From Candidatus Hydrogenedentota bacterium (GTDB lineage: Bacteria; Hydrogenedentota; Hydrogenedentia; Hydrogenedentales; SLHB01), in contig CAXXYE010000007.1 of NCBI GenBank assembly GCA_963674865.2, positions 224,001 to 288,000 on the forward strand: 64,000 nucleotides of DNA, written 5' to 3'. The notes beneath the pieces are model-generated. The model searched no databases and was not told where the DNA came from. It worked only from the letters and a program-made list of their open reading frames with translations. Both the position numbers and the translations under genes were made by a program. Positions 51,088 through 59,566 of the stretch are shown one piece after another (positions within the stretch are counted from its first letter, which is position 1; every line of letters begins with the position of its first letter).

Positions 51088-51845
51088 CGCGCCCGCGCCG
51101 TGTTTGGAGTTCAAGCTTCAGCTTGCTCGGCGCCCTCTGCCCAACATCCATCAGCCCGCCGTGGCGGGCGGCATAATCGCCCCTCAGCGCTCCGCTGCCT
51201 TGAAACGCTCGCCGAATCCGTTCTCGCGCTCGAACACCGGCATCTTGCCGGCCGTCAAGCCGTCGCCGCGGTTATGCATTGAGCAGCCTCTCCGCGCCCG
51301 CGGCGTGTTTGGAGTTCAAGCTTTAGCTTGATTGACGCCCCCTTTGCGCGTGTCCGCCCGGTTGTGGTGCCTGCATCTTGCCGGCCGTCAAGCCGCCGCG
51401 GTTATGCATTGAGCAGCCTGTCCGCGCCCGTGCCGTGTTTGGAGTTCAAGCTTTGGCTTGCTTGACGCTCCCTTTGCGCATGTCCGCCCGGTTGTGGCAC
51501 CGGCATCTTGCCTGTCGTCAAGCCGCCGCGGTTGTCTATTGGGCAGCCTGTCCGCGCCCGTGGTGTGTTTGGAGTTCAAGCTTTAGCTTGCTTGACGCCC
51601 CCTTTGCGCGTGTCCGCCCGGTTGTGGTGCCTGCATCTTGCCGGCCGTCAAACCGCCGCGGTGGTACTCGAGCAGTCTGTCCGCGCCCGCGGCGTGTTTG
51701 GAGTTCAAGCTTCAGCTTGATTGGCCGCCCCCGGCCCCGCATCCATCAGCCCGCCGTGGCGGGCGGCATGCATTAGCCCCGGGCGTAAGCCCGGGGACGA
51801 GGCCGCCACCCCCAGTACCCAGCCCCGTCAGGGGCGGCATAATCC
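51088..51845. repeat. Tandem REP-mosaic (BIME-like) array with ~130-bp period
   Basis: Core GTGTTTGGAGTTCAAGCTT(T/C)(A/G)GCTTG at 51100, 51305, 51435, 51565 and 51694. Sequence between cores 2-5 is also near-identical. Confidence 0.9.
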
Positions 51846-51858
51846 ACCCGAACGCCCC

Positions 51859-52746
51859 TCAGCGCTCCTCCGCCTTGAACGGCTCGCCGAATCCGTTCTT
51901 GCGCTCGAACACCGGCATCTTGCCGGCCTCCACAAGCGCCCCATACCGATGCGGCCGCCGGTACGCGTTTCCCCAGATCGTCTTGCTGCGATGCTCGCGG
52001 ATCTTGTCGAGGTCGAAGGTTGCCAGGTAGATGCCCTCCGCCTCACCCGCCTCGACCACGAGCGCCCCGCGCGCGTCGAAGGCCGCGCTGTGCCCGTTAT
52101 TCTTCGGCGCGGGATAGTTCGTCATGGCCACCGCGACCGCATTCTCGAAGGCGCGCGTCTTGAACTGATCGAGCCGCAATTGATCCAAACCGCACGCATT
52201 CGGCGTCAGGACAAGTTCCGCACCCTTCAACATGAGGATACGCGCACTCTCCGGCGCCTCGCGGTCGTAGCAGATCATCGCCCCTACCTGCAACGGCCCC
52301 GCTGCCGTATCGAGTTCCGCGACGTAGAAATCATCCCCAGGCGTGCACGACGCCTCCATCGTCCCGAAATCGCACGTGTGTACCTTCGCGTACGTCATGA
52401 GCATGACCCCGTGGCGATCGATGAGGCTCACCGAATTCCGCGGCATGCCGTCCCATTTCTCGAGATACGTGACGGCGATGGCCATATCGAGTTCCTTGGC
52501 CAGCGCCGCAAAACGCTTCACGTATTCTCCATCGCGCGGAACCGCCTGCGATTGCCAGGCTGTCCTCGTCTCCGGCGCATCGCCCTCAAACTTCGTGTAG
52601 CCGACATTCCACATCTCCGGCATCAGCGCGATATCGGTGCCCATCGCCGCCGCGCGCCGGCAAAACGCCACGGCCTTTTCCATATTGGCCGATTGGTTAT
52701 CCGTGTCTGGGAACATTTGGAGCAAAGCGACGACTACCGAGGCCAT
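51859..52746 (-). CDS. Carbon-nitrogen hydrolase (nitrilase superfamily amidase)
   Basis: Glu-Lys-Cys triad: PEMW, YAKVH, ICYDRE. Start re-called at 52746 (AGGAGG RBS). Confidence 0.92.
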   Translation of the reverse strand: MASVVVALLQMFPDTDNQSANMEKAVAFCRRAAAMGTDIALMPEMWNVGYTKFEGDAPETRTAWQSQAVPRDGEYVKRFAALAKELDMAIAVTYLEKWDGMPRNSVSLIDRHGVMLMTYAKVHTCDFGTMEASCTPGDDFYVAELDTAAGPLQVGAMICYDREAPESARILMLKGAELVLTPNACGLDQLRLDQFKTRAFENAVAVAMTNYPAPKNNGHSAAFDARGALVVEAGEAEGIYLATFDLDKIREHRSKTIWGNAYRRPHRYGALVEAGKMPVFERKNGFGEPFKAEER

Positions 52747-52795
52747 AGCGGTATCTCCTCCTGTGAAATCCTTCAATCTTTACGTCGAAGTGGCT

Positions 52796-53848
52796 TCAGG
52801 CCCCGCCTTCGCCGCACGCCCGTGCCCACGCCTCGCGCGTGGCCCGAACGAAGGTGTCCATGTTCTCCTCCGGTGTGTCGCGGGGAACCATTTCGCCGGA
52901 ATTCATTACGTGGCCGCCGTGCAGGCTGACGTTTGTGATGACTCGCTCAACCTCGCTACGGACATCGTCCGGCGTGCCCCGGTACAGCACAGCCAGGGGA
53001 TCGACATTTCCGCAGAGGCAGACGCGCCCCGCGGCTACCTCCCGCGCCTCCTCGATGGCCAAGCCGGGCCCCACACTCAGTATCGACAGCCCCATCGCCG
53101 CTTGCAGATCGAGCATCGCGGGGAGTTCCTCGCTGGCATGATAGATCACGATGCCCCCGGCCTCTTTATAGGCGTCCGACACCCGCCGGGCGGGCTCCAT
53201 GGCGAAAGCCTTGTAGTTGTCGGGACTGATGAGGTGCCCCGACGCATTGCAGTCGCCGTACCATAGGGCGTCGGCCCCCGCCGCGAGCTGATCGAGTCCG
53301 AACCGAGTCTGGTACTCCTCAAAGAACGTGCTGGCTTCCGCGACGAACTCGGGCCTGTCGTAGAGAAGCATCATCACCTCGCTGATACCGAAGGCCAGCG
53401 CCAGCGAACTGAACGGCGCGGCCGTCCGGCCCGTCACGCAAACCTTGTCGCCGAAATGGCTCTTCACCTCGCTGATAGCGTCCAGCAGCACGGCCATCCG
53501 ACCCTCCACGCGATAGCCGTGTTCGCGGAGCCGCGCCAGGGCCTCGTCCGTGGGGGGGAGGTAATCGCACGTAGCCGGCAGAATATCCCCACCGCCCTTG
53601 ACGCCCACGCCCAGCGGCTCGAACTCGAGGCAGTCATCCACCTGGAGCCACGCCCAGTCATAGTCGAATCGCTCGACCGCCTCAATCTGGACACGCGCCA
53701 TCTCATGCGCGTCAGAGTTGTACCGATCGTACCGGCTTCCGCACACGCGTACGTCCATCTCCTCGCTGCAACAGAACACCGGCATGTTGGCCGGCCGCCC
53801 CATCGCCACCGCCTTGCGAATATCTTCGAGAACCCCTTGATATGCCAC
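52796..53848 (-). CDS. Uroporphyrinogen decarboxylase-family (MtaA/CmuA-like) protein
   Basis: E.LG, APFS, AGAD, IYHA, GNVDP and P.DTPEEN motifs. Lacks the HemE MRQAGR motif. Confidence 0.85.
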   Translation of the reverse strand: MAYQGVLEDIRKAVAMGRPANMPVFCCSEEMDVRVCGSRYDRYNSDAHEMARVQIEAVERFDYDWAWLQVDDCLEFEPLGVGVKGGGDILPATCDYLPPTDEALARLREHGYRVEGRMAVLLDAISEVKSHFGDKVCVTGRTAAPFSSLALAFGISEVMMLLYDRPEFVAEASTFFEEYQTRFGLDQLAAGADALWYGDCNASGHLISPDNYKAFAMEPARRVSDAYKEAGGIVIYHASEELPAMLDLQAAMGLSILSVGPGLAIEEAREVAAGRVCLCGNVDPLAVLYRGTPDDVRSEVERVITNVSLHGGHVMNSGEMVPRDTPEENMDTFVRATREAWARACGEGGA

Positions 53849-53881
53849 GGACGAATACCTCCCTTCGTAGTGCTCCCCGCG

Positions 53882-54841
53882 TCAGCCGGACTTGACGATC
53901 TCTTTCACCAGATTCATACGCACGCTATACGTGCGATCCTGGAAGACAACATAGTAATAGGGCGACTTCTCCACGACCTGATCGGCCGGCTGCGTCAGCC
54001 CGCTGTGAAAACGGATAATGTAACGCGCTCCCTCCGCGCCCGGCACATAGCTCGAGCCTGGCCGTTTGGCGCCGGCTAACAGCTTGGGCGTTACCCCTTC
54101 CCGCTCGAACCGTGCGCGGAATGCCTGCACATTTCGGATATATTGCCGCGTCTCCGGAAAGGGCGGCACGCCCTTGTACTTCTTCACCGTCTCCGGCCCC
54201 GCGTTATACGCCGCCAGCGCCAAGTCGAGGTTGTTGTGGAACAGACGCAGCATCCTCGCGAGATACTGCGTGCCCCCGGCGATATTCTGGGCCGGGTCGA
54301 ATGGATCGCCCACGTGCATAGCCGCCGCCGTCCCCGGCATCAATTGCATCAGGCCCCGCGCCCCTTTCGGCGACACCGCGTAAGGATCGAAGTTGCTCTC
54401 CGCCCGGATCACCGCCAGGATGAGACTAGGGGCCAGTCCGTAGCGCCGGGCGTATCGCTGCACCAGGTGCTCGATATCGGCCGAAGAGTAGCTTGTCGCA
54501 TTCGTCTTCTTCAGGCGCCCCGGCACGACAATCGGATCATATTCGATCTCGACTGCCGTGTACCCCGGCAGGTTGCCGTAGAGGTCGTGCTGGTTCGTAA
54601 GCGTGGACACCCCGCGCTCATCGATGTATTCCACGCCCTTCTGCATCGGGATAGTCTGTGCTTGCGATGCCGGGGCTGTCTTGCGAGGAACACCCGTGCC
54701 CGTGATGTCAACGGCAGCGTTCCCTTCCGCACCGGACGCAATATCGGCCAAGAACCCCGCGCAGAACAACACACACAGAGGTGCTGCTGCGACCCGGCCG
54801 GCAATGTGTCCTATAGATGCACGCCTGAGAAGTGCTTTCAT
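53882..54841 (-). CDS. Lytic transglycosylase (SLT domain)
   Basis: VIRAESNF, SPKGARGLMQLMP, LAAYNAG and ETRQY motifs. Start approximate. Confidence 0.92.
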   Translation of the reverse strand: MKALLRRASIGHIAGRVAAAPLCVLFCAGFLADIASGAEGNAAVDITGTGVPRKTAPASQAQTIPMQKGVEYIDERGVSTLTNQHDLYGNLPGYTAVEIEYDPIVVPGRLKKTNATSYSSADIEHLVQRYARRYGLAPSLILAVIRAESNFDPYAVSPKGARGLMQLMPGTAAAMHVGDPFDPAQNIAGGTQYLARMLRLFHNNLDLALAAYNAGPETVKKYKGVPPFPETRQYIRNVQAFRARFEREGVTPKLLAGAKRPGSSYVPGAEGARYIIRFHSGLTQPADQVVEKSPYYYVVFQDRTYSVRMNLVKEIVKSG

Positions 54842-55034
54842 TGGCCAGAGTATAGGCAACCTTCCCGACGGACTTCCAGGGGCCTAGACGCGATGTCGTG
54901 CAAGTTTCTTCCGGAGAGGCGCAAGGACAAACGCTCAGACACTTGTACCCGGTGAGAAGATATGGCATTCCGAAGGCCAGTGGGATTTTCGGAATCAATT
55001 CTGTTAATCCTGTCTGAAAAGACTCCGTATTGCC

Positions 55035-56264
55035 CTACATGCCCTTGCGAAGCAGCGATGCGCCGATAGCGCCCAAGAACGCCACGCCGGCCGCGAGTAG
55101 GAACGCCGGCGACAGGGACCCGAAGGCGTCCGCCAATGCCCCGGCGACGCTCGGGCCGGCGGCTTGTCCGATGCCGAAGAAGAGCGTGATGAAGCCGAGA
55201 CCCGCCGGCGCGAGCCGCGAGCCAAGCACGTCTCCGCATGTGGCCGCCATGATGGCGGGAATGCTCCATGCCGTAAGCCCGAAGAGGACGGCGGAGATGG
55301 TATACCCGGCGGAGGTCGGCCACAGGGCAAAAAGAGCGAACGCCATGGTGTGGATCACATATACGATGATCAGGGCGCGTTTTCGCCCGATGACATCCGA
55401 GATCGTTCCCCAAATAAGGCCGCAAACCAGGCTGAACCAGCCCATCGTCATGAACAAGCCGCCCGCCGCCTGCTGCGTGTACCCGCCGTCGGCCATGAGG
55501 GCCTTCACAAAGAACGTCATGTAAATGATATACGAGAAGCCGAAGGCGACGTAAACAAGGCCCAGGTGCCAGACGGCGAACGAGCGATAGACGCTTCCCC
55601 ACTTGAGCGACGTGCCCTTCCGGGCGGGCTGAGGCTCATCTGAGCCCGAGCCGAGAGGTGACAGCCCCACATCCGAAGGCCGGTTGCGGAGCAGCAGCAG
55701 GCCCGCCGCGGCCAGTAGCAGCGTCACCACGCCGAACGCGCCCCAGCACATGCGCCACCCGCCGTCGCCGTAGGCCGACAGCACCCGCGGCACGATAGGG
55801 CCTACGAAGATAATGGCCACCGACGAGCCCGCCACGGCGATTCCCGCCGCCAGTCCGCGCCGCTTCGGCGCGAACCAAGCCGCCATCAGCCCCATCACGG
55901 GCACATTGCTCGCCCCGCTGCCGACGCCGGCCAGCGCGCGCCATACCGCCACCGACGCGAAGCTGTTGGCAAGTGCCGTCAGGATCATGGCGCCCCCGGC
56001 CAATCCCAGCCCGGCCGTGATGACCGCCCGCGGGCCGTAGCGTGAGGCCAGGGCCCCGCCGATGACGGACAGGGCCAGATAACCTACCAGATTCGCCGTC
56101 GCCAGTGCCCCCGCCTGCGTGTTGTCCATCTCCAGGGACGTCTGCATCGCGGGAAGCAGCACGCTATACGCGAACCGTGCCAACCCAAGCGAGCCGAACA
56201 CGACCAGCGTGCCCATGACAAGCACGATCCAAGCATAATGCAGACTGCGGCGCTCAGCGGTCAT
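55035..56264 (-). CDS. MFS transporter (YbfB/YjiJ-like)
   Basis: About 12 TM segments; GLARFAYSVLLPAM, ANLVGYL and SDVIGRK. Confidence 0.9.
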   Translation of the reverse strand: MTAERRSLHYAWIVLVMGTLVVFGSLGLARFAYSVLLPAMQTSLEMDNTQAGALATANLVGYLALSVIGGALASRYGPRAVITAGLGLAGGAMILTALANSFASVAVWRALAGVGSGASNVPVMGLMAAWFAPKRRGLAAGIAVAGSSVAIIFVGPIVPRVLSAYGDGGWRMCWGAFGVVTLLLAAAGLLLLRNRPSDVGLSPLGSGSDEPQPARKGTSLKWGSVYRSFAVWHLGLVYVAFGFSYIIYMTFFVKALMADGGYTQQAAGGLFMTMGWFSLVCGLIWGTISDVIGRKRALIIVYVIHTMAFALFALWPTSAGYTISAVLFGLTAWSIPAIMAATCGDVLGSRLAPAGLGFITLFFGIGQAAGPSVAGALADAFGSLSPAFLLAAGVAFLGAIGASLLRKGM

Positions 56265-56318
56265 GACGGCTGTCCCTCCTTCCGCGATGATGCAACTCGT
56301 TTCCGCCGGAAACGCAGA

Positions 56319-56819
56319 CTAGCCCATCCCGTAAAGGTGTCCGGTATTAACCTCGATGCCCAGAAGCTTCAAATAGGCGAAAAGCATGGCCTTGTGATTG
56401 ATTTGGTGTTCAACCATCTGGAGAAGCTGGGCCCAGAGGGGGAGGGGCGTCGGATTCCAGGGAGCCGGCACCATCCGGCCGCGAAAATCATCCTCGGACA
56501 GTTCCGCGAGGAGGTTTGCCGTAAGCGAGCGATCCTCATCCAGCTTCTCAAGCGCTTCCGCCACACTGCTCACCGACGGCATCTTCTCCGTTTGCGGAAG
56601 CATCTCTTCCCCCGGCATCTCAGGCCACTGGCCCGTGATGAACCCGTTCATACAGACTCCCGTCGCGTTCGTAAGATGGGCGAGCAACTGGCCCGTGGTC
56701 ATCCAATTATTCGCGTCCGAAGGACGCCAACCTAGCTTGTCCTCTGGAACCAGCCTCATCAAACCCGCTGTCGCCTGGTAGACGTGGTCGGTATACATCG
56801 CGAGCCCCTTGGTGTCCAT
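56319..56819 (-). CDS. DinB-family protein
   Basis: W.P...WMTTGQLLAHL and EHQINHK (His triad). Start re-called at 56819 (AAGGAG RBS). Confidence 0.85.
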   Translation of the reverse strand: MDTKGLAMYTDHVYQATAGLMRLVPEDKLGWRPSDANNWMTTGQLLAHLTNATGVCMNGFITGQWPEMPGEEMLPQTEKMPSVSSVAEALEKLDEDRSLTANLLAELSEDDFRGRMVPAPWNPTPLPLWAQLLQMVEHQINHKAMLFAYLKLLGIEVNTGHLYGMG

Positions 56820-56980
56820 GTTCGCTCCTTTCCGGTTGGCAACCTTTTCGCTTCCCCAGCGAGTCGTCTCCCCCGGGGACGTGAACAACCTGCCGCCCAT
56901 CACACTGCCCCAAAGCCCAGCAAGTCTCGCGAGAGACTGAATAGTAGCACAATGCATCCCGTGAAACGGGAGAAGAGGCT

Positions 56981-57730
56981 CTACTCCGCCATCAGTTCTC
57001 GGACCATCTGCTCGTGCTTATTGAGGAAGTGTTTCATGTCGCGGTAGTGCTCGGTATCCGTGTAGGCAACCTGTGTGATGCCTTCTTCGGCAATCGCATG
57101 GATCGCCGCTTCCGGGTAGGCCATGATGATGGGGGAGTGTGTGGCGATGATGAACTGGGATTCCGCACGGACGAGCTGGTGTATCCTTGCAAGAACGGCC
57201 ATCTGTCGACTCGGAGACAAAGCGGCCTCCGGCTCGTCCAGAATGTAGAGGCCCTGCCCGCCGAACCGCTGCGTCATGAGGGACAGGAAAGACTCTCCAT
57301 GTGACTGCTCGTGCAGCGATACCCCGCCGTAGGACTCGATGATTTTCGGACCTCCGCCCTGTTCCCTATCGAGTCTCTCGATCTCGGTGGCCACGTTGAA
57401 AAAACTCTCCGCCCGAAGGAAATAGCCGTCTCTAGGGCGCCGAGCCGACCGTGACAGCCGAAGATACTCGTGCAAGGCCGAGTGCGAGGCCCGGGTGCTG
57501 AAGGCGAAGTTCCTCCCCCCGCCCTCTGGGTTGAAGCCGGCGGCCGCTGCAATGGCCTCCAGTAAGGTAGACTTGCCGGACCCGTTCTCGCCGATGATGA
57601 ACGTCACGGCGGGATGGAGTGCCAGAGTGTCGAGTCGGCGCACCACCCTCAAGGAGAACGGATACTCCTCAAACGAAGGGATCTTGTCCCGCTTCAGGAT
57701 GATGTCCCGTATGAACGGTGTCGCGTCCAT
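56981..57730 (-). CDS. Predicted ABC/AAA-type ATPase (COG3910-like)
   Basis: GENGSGKST, FLRAESF, QSHGESF, LDEPEAALS and ATHSP. Start re-called at 57730. Confidence 0.9.
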   Translation of the reverse strand: MDATPFIRDIILKRDKIPSFEEYPFSLRVVRRLDTLALHPAVTFIIGENGSGKSTLLEAIAAAAGFNPEGGGRNFAFSTRASHSALHEYLRLSRSARRPRDGYFLRAESFFNVATEIERLDREQGGGPKIIESYGGVSLHEQSHGESFLSLMTQRFGGQGLYILDEPEAALSPSRQMAVLARIHQLVRAESQFIIATHSPIIMAYPEAAIHAIAEEGITQVAYTDTEHYRDMKHFLNKHEQMVRELMAE

Positions 57731-57804
57731 CGACCCCTTTATCCATGCCTGCTGCTCTTGCCTATGAGGTGCGCTGCACTCACCGGCTCGGCCACCGGCG
57801 GGCA

Positions 57805-58002
57805 TCACCGGCTGTAATGCCTCGCGCGCATGTGGATCTCGCCGCCCACCTCCACGTCCTTGATGCCCCCCGAAGAGTGGCCGGTTGAGGCGCATCCCCA
57901 GCATCCGACCACGACAGCCGCCACGGCCACTACCCCCGCCCATCGGATGAGGCGGCCTCCTGCGGCGGGCCTTCGCCTTTGTGTCACACATTGCCCAGAC
58001 AT
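57805..58002 (-). CDS. Small putative lipoprotein
   Basis: Basic N-region, hydrophobic stretch, GCWGC, then about 28 aa. Co-oriented, 13 nt after the 58016 gene. Confidence 0.5.
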   Translation of the reverse strand: MSGQCVTQRRRPAAGGRLIRWAGVVAVAAVVVGCWGCASTGHSSGGIKDVEVGGEIHMRARHYSR

Positions 58003-58015
58003 TAGACGGAATCTC

Positions 58016-59566
58016 TCATTCTTCGACAAGGTGTGCTACGAATTCAGCCACTATCTCGCCCTGTTCATGCGAGAAAAGCGCTGAAACATCCTTCATCTTC
58101 GCCGTTCGCTCCTGCCACGCTTCGGCCTGTCGCTCAAAGGACTCCGGTGTATGTCCTCTGAGCAGGTGATTTTCGGCCAGCAGGCGGCCTGCCGCCACAA
58201 CCTTCTCCAAGCACCCCTCCACGTCGACTTGCACGTAGAGATTGCCCGGTTCGGGCAGCGCCCGCGCCGCCGGCCCGTCGGCCAAGGTGCGCTCAGCGAC
58301 CTGGCGACTCGAACTGAGCAGCAGCCCCGCGCCGCATCGCACCGCGGTCGGCTCCACTGAAGGCCCGCCCACTGTCGGCATGTGCAGCACGCGTTTCTCA
58401 GCGTCATAAACGACTGCGCCATCGCCCGTGCCGCCCGCCAGCGTCTCGAAGGCCGTATCGAGGTCCACTCCGCTCGCGTCCACCGTGCAGACGATCTCCG
58501 GGACGGGCGCCATCTCGTTGAGGTCCACGCCACACCAGCTTAAGCGCAAGCCCGGGCCGAGTTTGCCCACAAGTCGCGTAAGCGACTGGCTAAGGCCGAC
58601 CTCTTCCCCGGACTCCCAGGCACTCCATTGCTTCTCGCTGAACAACTCGCTCACGAATGCCGCCCCGAGGCATGTCCAGACCTCCCGGACGTGTTTGCCG
58701 GTATTGGCTGAAACGCGCAACACGCCGGGCAGCGGCTCGAGCAATTCCTGCGGCGTGGCCCCGGCCAGCAGGCCGTTTAGCCGTTCAGCCCATCGAGGAT
58801 GCAGCGTTGCGCGGCACTTCAGCCGGGCCTCCTGCCCGTCCATCCGCAAGGCGAACCGCACCGACGACAAGGCCCCATCCAGCGGAAACCCTTCCGCGAA
58901 TTGCACTTTGCCCAAGGCATCGCCGGCGCCCGACTCCGGAAAGGCGCGAGCCAGAGCCTCTTCCCCGACGCAAGCGTCATCCGGGGTGGTAAGGGACTTG
59001 ATCAAGGCGTCCCGTGACGCGCTGGCCACCAGAACGCGCCCCCGCACGGCGTAATACAGGCCCGCCTGCTGTGCCTTGTGGAGGTCGAGGCCGCCGGCGG
59101 CGTCGTGCGTGACGTTCGGGCCCAACCGGCGAAAACGCTCGATCAACACGCCTGTTCGCGTCATTTTCGTCACGAATAAGGCATCTCTTAACGTTTTGAG
59201 GTCATTTCCGGTGAAATACGCATGCCGCCCGATGAGATTGTTCAGGTTCCACTGCGGCAAACCAAGTTGCTCGATGACACGCTCCGGCCCCGCCACGAAG
59301 TCGGCGCCGGCCGGCAGCATTCCCCCAAAGGGCAATGCATCAGGCTCGCGCCATTGCCCCGCCAGGTCGGTTACGCGAACCAAATACTGCTGGTCCGCAG
59401 GCAAGAGCCGGGCGGACGGATACGTGTCCCGTGTGAGCCAACATCCCCCGAGAAAGGCGGCAAACAGGATTGCCAGAATACCCCACCTAAGGCGGCCCCG
59501 CCGGCGACGGACACCTCGCGCCCCGAGGTTCTTCCTGCCTCCGTAGGAGCGTACAGCGTCTGTCAT
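58016..59566 (-). CDS. Hypothetical membrane-anchored periplasmic protein
   Basis: 516 aa; Arg-rich N-terminus then one TM/lipobox (LGGC). ATGA overlap with the upstream gene. Confidence 0.78.
   Translation of the reverse strand: MTDAVRSYGGRKNLGARGVRRRRGRLRWGILAILFAAFLGGCWLTRDTYPSARLLPADQQYLVRVTDLAGQWREPDALPFGGMLPAGADFVAGPERVIEQLGLPQWNLNNLIGRHAYFTGNDLKTLRDALFVTKMTRTGVLIERFRRLGPNVTHDAAGGLDLHKAQQAGLYYAVRGRVLVASASRDALIKSLTTPDDACVGEEALARAFPESGAGDALGKVQFAEGFPLDGALSSVRFALRMDGQEARLKCRATLHPRWAERLNGLLAGATPQELLEPLPGVLRVSANTGKHVREVWTCLGAAFVSELFSEKQWSAWESGEEVGLSQSLTRLVGKLGPGLRLSWCGVDLNEMAPVPEIVCTVDASGVDLDTAFETLAGGTGDGAVVYDAEKRVLHMPTVGGPSVEPTAVRCGAGLLLSSSRQVAERTLADGPAARALPEPGNLYVQVDVEGCLEKVVAAGRLLAENHLLRGHTPESFERQAEAWQERTAKMKDVSALFSHEQGEIVAEFVAHLVEE

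Noticed and set aside
51088..51760. CRISPR array
   Set aside because: The sequence between cores is near-identical rather than unique spacers, the period is 130 bp, and there are no cas genes in the window.
51178..51927. Diversity-generating retroelement TR/VR pair
   Set aside because: The five mismatches are not adenine-specific on either strand, and there is no reverse transcriptase in the window.
52796..53848. hemE
   Set aside because: Lacks the MRQAGR substrate-binding motif; only the fold family can be supported.
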